Below the pieces are notes generated by a model, which saw only the letters and a program-made list of their open reading frames with translations, was not told where the DNA came from and did not search any database. A stretch of 64,000 nt of DNA from Squalus acanthias (taxonomy: Eukaryota), in assembly GCA_030390025.1 (NCBI GenBank), contig CM059432.1, forward strand, positions 138,324,001-138,388,000. Reading direction: 5' to 3'. Positions 1 through 11,950 of the stretch are shown piece by piece (position 1 is the stretch's first letter; every line of letters starts with the position of its first letter). A program made the position numbers and the translations under genes.

Positions 1-70
1 CGGTCTTGTGAAGCACCCTGGGATGTTTTACTACATTAAAGGCGCTGTATAAATACAAGTTGTTGTTGTT
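1..70 (+). mobile_element. L2-clade LINE 3' terminus (truncated by window edge)
   Basis: gtgaagcaccctgggatgttttactacattaaaggcgctgtataaatacaag(ttg)n matches the 3' end of the L2 copies at 24452-24912 and 5830-6286. Confidence 0.75.
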
Positions 71-225
71 ATCACTGGTTCTATTTCCAGCATTCTGTGT
101 GTCCTTATTTTAGATTTCCTCACGTACATCATTCTTTCTATCCCTTAATTTTTGATGTAATTGCAAGTTGTTGTTGTTTTCACGAAAATGACCAAAGTCA
201 GAATTTTTAGCCTCTTTGACCATTC

Positions 226-870
226 AGGTGAGGGGGAAGGAAGTTGGGAGGGAGAGAGGGAGGGAGGGAGAGAGAGGGAGGGAAGGAGGGAGAGAGAGGG
301 AGGGAGAGAGAGGGAGGGAAGGAGGAAAGGAGGGAAGTTGGGAGGTTGGGAAGGAGAGAGGATGGGGAGAGAGGAAGAGAGAGAGGGAGGGAGGGATGGA
401 GGGAGAGAGAGGGAAGGAGGGAAGTTGGGAGGGAGAGAGGATGGGGAAGAGAGGAAGAGAGAGAGGGTGGGAGGGAAGGAGGGAGGGAGGGAGAGAGAGC
501 GGGAGGGAGGGAGGGAGGGGGTGAGAGAGAGTGAGGGAAGGAGGGAGGGTGGGAGAGGGAGAGAGAGAGAGACAGAGGGAGGGAGGGGGAGGGAGGGAGA
601 GAGAGAGGGAGGGAGGGGGTGAGAGAGAGTGAGGGAAGGAGGGAGGGTGGGAGAGAGAGCGGGAGGGAGGGAGGGAGGGGGTGAGAGAGAGTGAGGGAAG
701 GAGGGAGGGTGGGAGAGGGAGAGAGAGAGAGACAGAGGGAGGGAGGGGGAGGGAGGGAGAGAGAGAGGGAGGGAGGGGGAGAGAGGGAGGTAGGGAAAGA
801 GGGAGGGTGTGAGAGAGGGAGAGAGAGAGAGAGAGGGAGGGAATGAAGGAGGGAGGGTGGGAGAGAGGGA
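226..870. repeat. GA-rich polypurine low-complexity tract
   Basis: Almost pure G/A on + (GGGA/GAGA units); a block starting at 521 recurs at 681 (160-bp period). Confidence 0.95.
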
Positions 871-1149
871 CAAAATTCATGATATCAGTTTTTTCTACCC
901 CTGATGGTGAAATGCCTCCCTCTGTGTGGGCATTTCATGGAGTCGCCAGGCTAAGAATCGATAAAGCTAAGCGGGCTGAGACTTGTGAACCTGAGGGCTG
1001 GGCAGTGCCTGCGCAGGACTCAAGCACACAACTCCTTTAACCAGACAGCAGCTAAATGATGGAAGAAAAATGAAAATAATCATGTGTTAAAGTTTAGTTC
1101 ATGCATCATGAAACAGATAAATGCATTACACTGACTGAGAAAGAAAGGA

Positions 1150-1270
1150 AGAACAATGTGATAATGACCAGGTAATCAGTTTTAGTGATGTTGATTGAGG
1201 GATAAATATTGGTCAGGACACCGGGGAGAACTCCCCTGATTTTCTTCAGAAGAATGCCGTGGGATCTTTT
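1150..1270 (-). mobile_element. DeuSINE-type SINE, 3' part (split by Harbinger insertion)
   Basis: Matches the intact copy at 8646-9119 up to gggatctttt; the same SINE resumes at 5208-5211 (ttt|acgtccacct). Confidence 0.85.
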
Positions 1271-1629
1271 GGGGGAGAAATTCATTATAGCCCAGGAATG
1301 GGCGCTAACTTTAGAAAAGTTTGAGAATCAGCGCCAGGGACTAATGATTCAGACTGCACGCAAAAGTCAGTCTCATTGCACAAAGAAAGGATGGGAGCGC
1401 TAAATCAAGCGCTAATGGCCTAGCTCAGTGGTGTTAAACTCAAAGCGCTGACCAATATCAGGTGCAGTCTAATTGCAAGTCATCATTGCCACAGGCTCTT
1501 TCCAGTTCTTAAAGGGGAGGTTCATTGATGCTGCAGAACCTCATTCTCAGCATTGCTGGCTGTGCAGCTGCCTCAGCAAGCACAAGCAGGTCAAGGAGAA
1601 GGAGCCGGATGACCCAAGAAGCTGCACTG

Positions 1630-3402
1630 ATGGCACATCCACACTCCAGGGAGAGAGCCCGCAGATTCAGCGATGAGGCATTGGAGGCGTTGGTCTTCAC
1701 TTTGGAGAGACGGAGGGCGGTGCTGTACCCAGCAAGTAGCAGGAGGCCCTCGCCGCAAGTCTTCCACACCATGTGGAGTGAGGTAGCCCAGCACATCTTG
1801 GGCAGAACTGTGTTTGCACACGAGTTCTGCTGCACGGGACTCAGATGAGGACCTCGATGGGGAGGCCTTTAGAAGAAGGTCCCCAGGACCCACACACAGT
1901 GCAGGAAGAAATTTAATGACCTTACTCGGGTGCTCAGAGTGAGTCAATCCTTCAACAAATGCTACATGCCACCATCTGAGCCACAATCTTCACACACTGC
2001 CCAAAGCACCACACCCCAGCACTCACCCACCAACAATCTCTACCTACCAACACTCACACCCACATCTCACACCTTACACACAATGACAGCTGTTCAACTA
2101 TGGCAGGCAAACACATTGCTCCACACTCACTCCCACACTTTCCTTTCTCTTGCAGGCCAAGGTTGCTCACAACAGGAGGGAGCAGGAGCGCACAGGCGGG
2201 GGACAACCTGACACCCAACCACTGTCTGAGCTGGAGAATCGAGTGCTGCAGATTATTGGGCGCCAGGTAGCGAGCGCCGTGGCCACCAGTGACGTTGACC
2301 CCCTTGGGGACAGCAACAGCATGTTCATCCCTGCTCCTTCTTCTCACATCCCACTTCCCCCACAAGCATTTCATGCTTTCCAGCTAATCATGCTGTCTCC
2401 ATGCATTTCTCTCTTCCTGCCCCTCTCCCCTCACCTTAACCCGACTCTTGCACCTTTATGCTTTCAGATAATCAGCAAGCACCTGAGGAGCCTGTCCCTG
2501 AGGGCTCCGTTGAGAGCGAGGCAGGAGAATAGGAGGAGGAAGAAAACATCGCGTCACTGCATGTCTCACCCGCAGGTACCAGCTCAGATACTGGCACTAC
2601 GCATTCTTTAGAGGCTGTTATATTAGCGGGATCTGCACGGGGACGAGCGGGCTGCAGCAAGGCCAGGGGGAAAAGGGTAGATCGGGGGCCACCTCCCCGG
2701 AGGGCAAGTTCGCACGCAAGTTCTGCTGCACAGGACTCAGATGAGGACCTCGGTGGGGAGGCATTTAGAAGAAAGATGATGGGCATGCACACGAAGATGA
2801 AAGGCGCAATGGCAAGGGAGCCCGAGAGCCTCTCAGCAATGGTAAGGAGCGTGGAGGAGTCCACCTCCAACATTGCACAAGGCTCTGTGCACATCATGGA
2901 GCCCATCATTTCCAGTCTGCAAAGGATGGTAGACTCCCAGAGAGACTGTGGCGACCCAGACCTGATGCCACGTGTGATGGGCGATCTGGCAGCTTCCATT
3001 GTAGCACAGGTGGAAGCGACGCAACGTCTTAGTGCTGTAATGCAGTCTACGGTTGGTGGCATCCAATCTCAGACTGCTCTCATGCAGTCTCAGCTTAATG
3101 CCACGCAAGCTCTGACTGCTGCCATCATAGCTGGGTCTACCACTGTCGACCGGGGCTTTCACCATGTCGCAGCAGGCCAGACTGCTGCCACCCATGCTGA
3201 GGTGGTGCAGTCTACAGCCGGGCCTTCCAGGCCCAGAGCTGGTCGAGGGCATCCTGCAAGACCATCTGAAGTCTCCCGCACGGGCACTCAGCAGCCTTCC
3301 ACCAGCCCTGCTGCAGCTACTGGGCCAACACTTCGTAGGAGCACTAGAGTAGGCAAAGGCACAGTAACGAGAGGCACTAAGGGATTAGACAAGGGTGAAT
3401 AG
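1630..3402 (+). pseudogene. Harbinger Myb/SANT-like (trihelix) DNA-binding protein, 3 exons, disrupted
   Basis: Exon 1 1630-1938 (MAHPHSRERARRFSDEALEALV...MWSEVA...QCRKKFNDLTRVLR|gtgagt); exon 2 2156-2318 (ttgcag|AKVAHNRREQERTGGG...LSELENRVLQIIG; donor gcatgt); exon 3 2468-3402 (tttcag|, phase 1, in frame with ORF 2776-3402). Lesions: 66-bp insert with stops at 1813-1878 and TAG at 2530-2532. Confidence 0.88.
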
Positions 3403-3567
3403 TTAATATTGTTGTTGTAAATATGTGTTCACTGATTATTGATAAATTTATTAATTCAGTTTGGATTATTTTGTGGTGTCTCTCATTTCAGCTTTGCGCT
3501 GTGATATGGCCTGCGATAGGGATGAAATAATGGGGATGTGGTTAGCAACGGGGATCTGGGGTTTAAT

Positions 3568-4711
3568 TTATTGGAACCGCAGTCTGATGAGGCGGTCATG
3601 GACCACCCTTCCGGAAGGCCGATTGAGTGGCTTCTTGCCCCCTCGCTCCTGTTCCTCCTCCTCATCCTCCTCCTCCTCTCCCTCTTCCTCTTCCTGAGGT
3701 GGTCCCGCAATCCCTGGTGGCAAGGGCTGGGCCCTCATGATGGCCAAGTTGTGGAGCATGTAGCCAACCACGACGAAATGGGACACCCGCTCAGCCGAGT
3801 ACTGGAGGGCTCCTCCCGAGCAGTCAAGGCAGCGGAACCATTGCTTGAGCACCCCGATGGTCTGCTCAATGATGTTCCTGGTGGTGGCATGGCTGTCATT
3901 ATATGAATGCTGGGCAGAAGTGTTGGGGTTGCGGAGGGGAGTCATGAGCCAGGTGGAGAGCGGATAGCCCTTGTCTCCGACCAGCCAGCTTAACGTGGTG
4001 GCTGTAAGAGTGCTGGCACAGGATTAAGGCATCGTGGCTGCTGCCAGGATAGCGGCATTCACATTGAGGATTCGCTGTCTCTGGTCGCACACCAACTGCA
4101 CATTAAGTGAGTGGTAGCCTTTGCGGTTACGGAAGATCTCAGGATTGTTATGCGGAGCCCGCAAAGCCATATGGGTGCAGTCAATGGCGCCCTGCACCAT
4201 GGGGAAGCCCGCTATCCTGGCAAAGCCACATGCACTTTCATTCTGCTTCTCTCTGGTGATGGGGAAGGAAATGTAGTCCCTTCTCCTACTGTAGAGAGCC
4301 TCTGTGACCTGCCGAATGCAGCGATGGACGGCGAACTGCGAGATGTTAGCTATATCTCCTGTTGCAGACTGGCAGGATCCACTGGCGTAGAAATTGAGGG
4401 CGACAGTGACCTTGACTGCCACTGAGAGAGCCGTGGTCGCCCTGATCTGAGGCTGGAGGTTTGGTTGCAGGAGAGGGCAGAGTTCTGTGATCACCTCCTT
4501 GCTGAAGCGGAGCCTTCTAATACACTGCTCCTCGCTTAATTGGAGGTAGGAGAAGTGCTCTCGGAATACCCTCGGAGGGTAAGGCCTCCTGTTGAGAGCC
4601 CTCATGGTCCTTCTCCTCCCCCTGGCCACATCTTGCAATATTTCTCGCTGCCTCCACTCCCTCCACCGTAGATCCTGGAGGGCCAGGTCGACTGCCAGTA
4701 CAGCCCCCCAT
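3568..4711 (-). pseudogene. Harbinger transposase (DDE_Tnp_4 / HARBI1-like), frameshifted
   Basis: ORF 4024-4638 has GFPMVQGAIDCTH and FRNRKGYHSLNVQLVCD; adjacent frames give [11 protein letters not shown] and GDKGYP...WLMTPLRNP...[27 protein letters not shown] (ORF 3568-3945), then an acidic tail; several frameshifts; ATG at 4711 inferred. Confidence 0.93.
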
Positions 4712-5207
4712 TAATGTAACCAAGTGTAGCACTTTGACATATTGTGAGAATAAATGTAACTAATTGTTAGTAGCCATAACACTTCTGATACTAAACAACC
4801 TTTAAACGACTGAATTAAACTGTTGCACAATGTCAAACTGACAAGGAAGCAGTGAAACAGCACTAACCTGACAGCTGCGACTCATTATTGAGGATGCCTT
4901 TAAGTAACACCCCTGGAGCCGGCATCCGCCTGCTTGACACCTCCACCACTTCCTGTCACTGTCGGGGCAAGGCGCGAAGGCAGGGGGCGACAGTGAATTT
5001 GGCAGATCAGGTGCCCAGTGAGCGTTGCGCGCTCACTGACGTCACGATCTGCCTGGCGGTGAGGTCCCCGGTAGTAATTGGTAACGGCGGCACAAAGGGG
5101 GGGACCGGATTTGCCGTGCAGCGCTGGGTTCGCCTCACCCCCGGCGCGACTGCATCAGCGCCCCGTTAGCGCCCCCACCAGGCGCTAACCCACGGAATGT
5201 TTCCCCC

Positions 5208-5389
5208 TTTACGTCCACCTGCGAGAACAGACGGGGCCTCGATTTAACGTCTCATCTGAAAGACGGCACCTCCGACAGTGCAGCACTGGAGTGTCAGCAG
5301 GGATTTTGTGCTCCAGTCCCTGGAGTGGGACTGGAAACCCACAACTTTCTGACTCAGAGGCGAGAGTGCTACCCGCTGACCATGGCTGA
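5208..5389 (-). mobile_element. DeuSINE-type SINE, 5' part with tRNA-like head
   Basis: Continuation of 1150-1270; includes Deu-domain-like gtgctgcactgtcggaggtgccgtctttcagatgagacg (rc) and degenerate A/B boxes. Confidence 0.85.
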
Positions 5390-5829
5390 TATGGAAAGGA
5401 TGTGAATCATTTTTAAATTTATTGCCCTTTCTGTTTTTGTTCTTTATTTTCAGTATGCTTATCATTTTTACTGTTGTTTCATTTCCAGTTCATGATTTTT
5501 TCCCCCAATTTAACGCATTATTTTATTCAGTTTTTCAAATCCACTGCTTTATTGAAACTTAGCTAACTTTAATTCTGCACTGATACAATAATACCCCTTT
5601 TGTATTTCTTCAGACCTCATCACAGGAAGAAATCCAGTAAATGTCTCACTATTGTGGATCTGGTTTTAATCATGTCAATTCCTCAGTTAATTGGTAATTA
5701 AATATAAAATAGTAATGACAACCTTTTATCCTTCTATTTGCAGCTAATGTGAATGAGCCAATTTTAACATTCCACTTTGACTGCCCTTCTCATATATACA
5801 GGGGCAATCAGTGGGATGCGCAAAGCATA

Positions 5830-6286
5830 GTATCTTAACTCGCACCAAGTCCCGTTCACCCATCACCTCTGTCCTCGCTGACCTACATTGCCTCCCAGTC
5901 CGGCAACACCTCGATTTTAAAATTCTCATCCTTGTGTTCAAATCCCTTCATGGCCTCTCGCCCCCCTCCCTATCTCTGTAATCTCCCCCAGCCCCTACAA
6001 CCCTCCGAGTTCTCTGCGCCCCTCCAATTCTGGCCCCTTGCGCATCCCCTTCCTTTCATCACTCCACTATTGGCGGCCGTGCCTTCAGATGCTTGGGCCC
6101 TAAGCTCTGAAATTCCCTCTCTAAACCTCTCCTCCTCTCTCTTTCCTCCTTTAAGATGCTCTTTAAAACCTACCTCTTTGACTAAGCTTGTGACCACCTG
6201 TCCTGATATCTTTGATAACGCTCCTGTGAAGCGCCCTGGGACATTTTACTAGGTTAAAGGCGCTATATAAATGCGAGTTGTTGTTG
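5830..6286 (+). mobile_element. L2-clade LINE 3' fragment
   Basis: Encodes ORF2 C-terminal motifs (ITSVLADLH..., FKILILVFKSLHGL) and ends aaggcgctatataaatgcgagttgttgttg. Confidence 0.88.
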
Positions 6287-7870
6287 CTTGTTGAGATCAA
6301 ACGTGCACACTGTTGGCTAGATGACTTTAACCCACTTTTTGCTTTAACTATGATTTGATAGAACATCTAGCTATTTGTACACCATCCTCGAAGTGGAGCG
6401 GCTCACTCTATGCTGCTTCTGAAATTTAAAGGGCTCAGAAATAAAAATTATAATCAGCTGAGACACAAATGGAGACTCGAGACAAGGCGCCGGGGTGGGG
6501 GGAACAAGTTTAAATTAGTACGGTTGATCAACACAGCGGCGAACAATTCAGTAAACAGTGAAAATAGCAGAATGTTCTTCAATAAATACCATTCATTTTG
6601 CTATTTTGATTGCCTTCTTTATTGTTTCGCCGGTAGAAGCTGGTTTGCAGATAAAGGCGGAGCTGTCAAGAGTTCTGAATAGCTCCAAGCTAATTGCTGA
6701 CCCTAACAGGCCCAATTAGCTGTTACAAGCCCTGTGGGGCTGCCCCAGGGACTCATTCGCGAACTGAGACTCCAAAGTACACGGCTACCTGTGCTGCACT
6801 TTGTTGTTACTACCTATCAACGAGTGAAAAGGTTCATTAAAATCACAATGCTGGCTGCGAGGAGGTAAGTGGTGCTGCGTACAAAAAGGAAGGCGGCGAA
6901 TTAAGAAAATGTTTGAAAAAAAAATGCGCAGCGGAACCCGCAATAATCGTTCGCTTTGTTTGTGCCCTGAAAAATCAGTCAAAATTCCCCGCAAATCATT
7001 GAAAAAAAAAGCGTGAATTTAAAGAAGAAAGTTTGGGGAGGGTAGCCAGCCCGCAAATTCCCCATTTCCGCGCAGCTGAGTTCTTTTTTAAAGAGTGTTC
7101 TTGATTAATGCGCTGGTCAATGGCTGCTTTACCTGATGATGCTGCAGTGGTGCTTTGTAATCCCTGCGCGCAATGCATCACACCGCAGGATGAGAACCCA
7201 GTGCAATGTCACATGCTCTGCTCAGTGAAGCCTCCAGTCGCAGAACATTGTTTGAGAGTAATTTGGTATCCAGACTCCAGTGGTTTGAAGTTACAGCATA
7301 ATGCGTTAATTATAAGGAAACGTCACTGGTCCCGGCCAATTATACATCTGAACAACACCATCAGTGACGCTTCCAGTCATTACATTTGACTAATTATTTG
7401 TCTCTTATTATAATTACTGGGGGAGCCAGGTATGCTGGTGAAAGCCAGGGAAGATATTAACACATTTAACTCTTTGTTTGCTGTCCGGGGTTTTCCGGCC
7501 CTCTTTCCTAATTGAAGATTATTAGGAATAATCTAATTATTAGATTCTGAATATGAGTGCGCCTACGCATTTAATTGCTGCAATTTTTTTTCAAAGGATC
7601 TGTGGATGTAATTGGCATTCCCAAATGAACATTTTTATGGATGTTAAGAGATACAGTCAAAGACTGATAGAAACCCACTAAATCTTGCTTTGAAAACAAT
7701 TGTAGGTTTTCCCCCTAGTTTATAATTGTCCATGTGGTTTTTAGAGATGGGTTTTCTCCATCATGTTATGCACCCAATTTTTTTTTCTTCAGCCTTGGTG
7801 CATGAATGACTGGGTAAGGTGGGGTTTTTTGGTTTTCTTTTCCTGTTATGCCTACCAACTTGTTTAATTA

Positions 7871-8625
7871 GGTTAGACCACACTTGGAATACTCAATTCC
7901 GGCATTCTGCGCATTCCCGATTTCTATCGCTCCACCATCGGCGGCCGTGCCTTCAGCTGCCTGGGCCCTAAGCTCTGGAATTCCCTCCCTAAACCTCTCC
8001 GCCTCTCTACCTCTCTTTCCTCCTTCAAGACGCTCCTTAGAACCTACCTCTTTGACCAAGCACCTGTCCTAATATCTCCTTATGTGGCTCGGTGTCAAAT
8101 TTTGTTTGATAATCGCTCCTGCGAAGCACCCTGGGACGTTTTACTACATTACAAAGGCACTATACAAATCCAAGTTGTTGTTGTGCACTGTTCTGGTCCC
8201 CATATTATGAAAAGGCTATAGAGGCACTGGAGAAGGAACAAAAAAGATTTACAAGGACGATACCAGAACTGAGAGGTTATACCTATCAGGAAAGATTGAA
8301 CAGGCTGGGGCTCTTTTCTCTAGAAAAGAGAAGACTGAGGGGTGACCTGATAGAGGTCTTTAACATTATGAAAGGGTTTGATAGGGTAGACGTAGAGAAG
8401 ATGTTTCTACTTGTGGGGGAGAGCAGAACTAGGGGCCATGAATATACGATCGTCACTATAAGAGAGGCGACTCACATAGCTATACTTAAGGGGAAGCTAG
8501 ATAAGTACATGAGGAAGAAAGGAGTAGAAGGATATGTTGATGGGGTTAGATGAAGAGGTGGCTCATGTGGAGCATGGACCAGTTGTGCCGAAAGGCCTGT
8601 ATCTGTGATGTAAATTCAACGTAAG
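7871..8625 (+). mobile_element. CR1 (HER1-like) LINE 3' fragment, interrupted by L2
   Basis: [16 protein letters not shown] split at 7893/8183; [30 protein letters not shown] (ORF 8296-8553); 3' UTR ggaccagttgtgccgaaaggcctg. Confidence 0.9.
7894..8182 (+). mobile_element. L2-clade LINE 3' fragment nested in CR1
   Basis: STIGGRAFSCLGPKLWNSLPKPLR region plus (ttg)n tail; flanked on both sides by contiguous CR1 sequence. Confidence 0.88.
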
Positions 8626-8645
8626 TAGCTTTTTTCAGTCATTAT

Positions 8646-9119
8646 GAAAGAAAGAAAGACTTGCATTTATATAGCGCCTTTCACGACCACCGGACATCTC
8701 AAAGCGCTTTACAGCCAATGAAGTACCTTTTTGGAGTGTAGTCACTGTTGTAATGTAGGAAACGTGGCAGCCAATTTGCGCACAGCAAGCTCCCACAAAC
8801 AGCAATGCGATCATGACCAGATAATCTGCTTTTGTTATGTTGGTTGAGGGATAAATATTGGCCCAGGACACCGGGGAGAACTCCCCTGCTCTTCTTCGAA
8901 ATAGTGCCATGGGATCTTTTACGTCCACCTGAGAGAGCAGTCGGGGCCTCAGTTTAACGTCTCATCCAAAAGACGGCACCTCCGACAGTGCAGCACTCCC
9001 TCAGCACCGTGCTGGAGTGTCAGCCTAGCTTTATGTGCTCAAGTCCCTGGAGTGGGACTTTGAACCCACAACCTTCTGACTCAGCGGCAAATGTGCTACC
9101 AACTGAGCCACAGCTGACA
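8646..9119 (-). mobile_element. DeuSINE-type tRNA-derived SINE (SacSINE1-like), near full length
   Basis: A box TGGCTCAGTTGGT (rc 9098-9110), B box GGTTCAAAGTCC (rc 9055-9066), Deu-domain-like core (GTGCTGCACTGTCGGAGGTGCCGTCTTT...AAAGATCCCATGGCACT...CCCCGGTGTCCTGG), L2-like 3' end with (TTTC)n tail. Confidence 0.9.
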
Positions 9120-9304
9120 CACACTATGATGGCGAAGTAAAATATCTCTTGTGGAAAAAAAAGCATTGGTGTTGAACGCTTGTGAGATTGTGCAGGAACA
9201 TGAGATGAAAATACTTGCTGCATGGTGTAGGACCACATTAGTTCACAGCTTTAGCCGCAGAGCTGGACAGCAGCCCTTTGTTGAGGTGTCCAATCCCGGT
9301 CCTA

Positions 9305-11057
9305 GGCCGGAATTTTACCGGCGCTGAGAGGACGGGATTGGAGGCGGGTCAGCTGTGAAATTTGAAATGATTGACAGCGGGTCGGGTCTGTCAGCGCTGA
9401 ACAGACCCGACACCAAGCGGCAGGGGAGGCAATTTAGATCATTAGCTGGATTGTTAAGAGGCAATTAAGTATTATTTTAAGCTTACCTTTAGATTGTTAG
9501 AGTTCACCAATGGCTTCCCCGCTGCTTGGGGATCATGTCAGGTAAGGAGGTCGGGTGATGTGTCAGCAGGTGATGATTTCTAAACATGACAGCTGCAAAT
9601 GGTCTATAAAAGCTCCCATTTCATAGGTCTTCACTTTGCACGGTTAGAAGCTGGTGCTTACTGCATTTGGAAGACAGATTGAGCTTTATGCAGCTTGCAA
9701 GTGTTTGGAGCAAACTCTGTATCCTGTGTCACCTCATTAGAACAACCTCTCTCACCATTGACAGATCGCTTCTGTCATCTCAACCTCACCTGCCATCTAT
9801 CCCATTAGCATGGGTGCCCTTTATACTCTCTCGCCTTGGTCCTCAGAATCCCACCACGATCAGCCCCAACACCAGCATCACCGGGCACACCAGCAGCACC
9901 AACATCAACACCAAACTTCTCCGCAATCAACTAATGCTGTACAGGACACAGGGCATCAGTACCCGATCACATTGCTGCCCGGGACACCAGGGATGGCCTT
10001 ACTATAGCCAGATTTACTTCACTTGATGCTGCACACCCTGGATGCCAAATGATGTGCCAGGTTGACACCACCCCACTCTAACACCATAAAGCATCCCTAC
10101 AATGCCCAAGCCATTCCTTTCACACTCATCACCATTGCCGGGGGGGGGGGTGGGGGTGGGTACCCTTATGTCTCACCATTCACAACAACTCACTAAGCCA
10201 CTTCCAAAGGTGCACACAAATCTGTCCAAGAACACAAAGTGTTGAAAATAAAGATTTCAGTGTTTGACAGCACATTAACAGAAACTTCACATGAACATTG
10301 GCTAAAACACACAAGTGCCTACCCTTGTGTGTTTTTAGTTCGCATGATTGGACTAGGATGAGGGTGAGTGTGAGTGGTGGCTAGTGAGATGGGGAAGTGA
10401 TAATGTAGATAGAGAGGGATGGGTGGAGGTGCAAGGTAAGTTGGTGTGAGTAAGGATGTGCAGGAGTAGGGTAGGGAAGGCAGAGTGATGGGGATGTGAT
10501 GAGTGGCACAGCAGGATGAAGGTGAGTGTGGCTTTGTACTAACGTTTCATGATCTGCTGAGATCATTGAAAGGTTTGCGCCACTGCAGCCTGGTCTTTCT
10601 GACGACATCCCTGCTTGTGCCCTCCTGTACAGTCTGCAACCCAGGCTGCGTTGATCTCCTGGGAAGGTCTCTTCCGCCCATTGGAAGGGAAGAGAACCTC
10701 CCTGCATGCTGTGACTCCCTCTATAAGCATATGGATTGAGTCATGGGAGAGCCTGGGTGCAGCTGTGCTCCTCTGTGCAGTGCTTGTCAGTGTTTGCAGC
10801 ACCTCAATGCTGTAGAACACTGACAGCACAACTGTCAAAGTAAATTTGGACATGGCCCCTTTAAGGAAACCGGCTGATGATGCGTCATCAAATGACGTCA
10901 TCAGACCAGCTTCCTTTTAATTGGCCGGGAAACACGCTGGGCGGGCTTAATCATTGTAAAATCACTTCAACAGAGTGGGATGGAGTAGGCAGCGGGCTGG
11001 GACCGTGCTACCGACCCCGGCCGTCCTGGACCCGCCTCGGTAGGCGAAATCGCGGTC
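9305..11057. mobile_element. Non-autonomous Harbinger derivative (family B, copy 1)
   Basis: Degenerate TIRs GGCCGGAATTTT / GACCGCGATTTC; flanks CTA/CTC; Myb exon-1 remnant on - strand (about 10540-10745: REVLFPSNGRKRPSQEINAAW); colinear with 17154-18754. Confidence 0.8.
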
Positions 11058-11094
11058 CTCGGGTGGCGGTATAAGGCACTAATTCCTGCCTCTA

Positions 11095-11522
11095 AAGAAA
11101 GAACTTGCACTTATACCGTGCCTTTCACAACCTCAGGATGTCCCAAAGCCAATGAAGTACTTTTTGAAGTGTAGTCACTGTTGTAATGGAGGAAACTCAG
11201 CAGCCAATTTGTGCACAGCAAGTTTGCCCAAACAGCAATGTGATAATGACCAGATAGTCTGTTTTTTCAGTGTTATTGGCCAGGACACTGGGGAGAACTC
11301 CCCAGCTCTTCTTCAAAATAATGCCACGGGATCTTTTACATCCACCCGAGAGGGCAGACGAAGCCTCGGTTTAGCGTCTCATCTGAAAGACGGCACCTCT
11401 GTCAATAATGACACTGGAGAGTCAGCCTAGATTTCTGTGCTCACGTCTCATGGAGCGGTAACTTGATCCCACGACCTTCTGACTCAGAGGCAGGAGTGCT
11501 ACCCACTGAGCCACAACTGTGA
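11095..11522 (-). mobile_element. DeuSINE-type SINE
   Basis: Colinear with 8646-9119, including head (tgagccac, gtgctacc) and tail (aagaaagaacttgc). Confidence 0.85.
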
Positions 11523-11950
11523 GCCCTGCGTTAATGTTGGCCACGAGGCTGTGTATGTGCAGCGGCTTGAAAGAGTGTACACGCGCGGAGGCCCCAAAAA
11601 AATATTGGGAGGGAGGAAAGTAAGGCACAAACTCTAGCCCCACATCCCAGAGACGGGCAACACTTGCTGGATGGATTGCAAACGGAACTTGAGCAATGGT
11701 AAGTTGAATGATTCTGTTTTCAGACGAATGCGTTTGTTACCTCCGAACTGTTTCTTTTCTAGCTGTATGCCATCAGCTGGGTGAAGAAGCAACATGGCTG
11801 CTCAAAGAAATCGGAAATAAATACATGGAGTGATTTGACGGGCTTGTTTAAGGCAGTTGTTGGTTCCAGATTAGTAGGGTCGGTAAAAAAATAAATGAAG
11901 TGATTTGGTTAATTTTGGGCGGGTGGGTAATGGCGGTGCTATATTTTTTT

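Larger units (their letters stand above)
1271..5207. mobile_element. PIF/Harbinger DNA transposon, full-length, inactivated
   Basis: TIRs GGGGGAGAAATTC / GGGGGAAACATTC (rc), 11/13 match; 3-bp TSD TTT (1268-1270, 5208-5210); removing it restores the host SINE (gggatcttttacgtccacct, as at 8911-8930); contains convergent Myb/SANT and DDE transposase genes. Confidence 0.95.

Noticed and set aside
145..880. Pro/Ser/Leu and Gly/Arg/Glu ORFs
   Set aside because: Translations of the GA-rich tract.
3568..4711. Host HARBI1 (or NAIF1/MSANTD for the Myb gene)
   Set aside because: Frameshifted, enclosed by TIRs and a TSD, and inserted in a SINE, so it is a transposon copy, not a domesticated gene.
5600..5840. 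Possible exons after acceptors ttcttcag (5613) and atttgcag (5743)
   Set aside because: Short frames with no recognisable protein or convincing donor; needs RNA-seq.
9050..9119. tRNA gene (also 61670-61733, 12300-12395)
   Set aside because: A/B boxes belong to SINE heads followed by SINE bodies; no intact cloverleaf.
11640..11835. Possible host exons (donor caatg|gtaagt at about 11698; acceptor ttttctag at 11762)
   Set aside because: The intron would be only about 64 nt, the joined phase hits a stop quickly, and the peptides are unrecognised.
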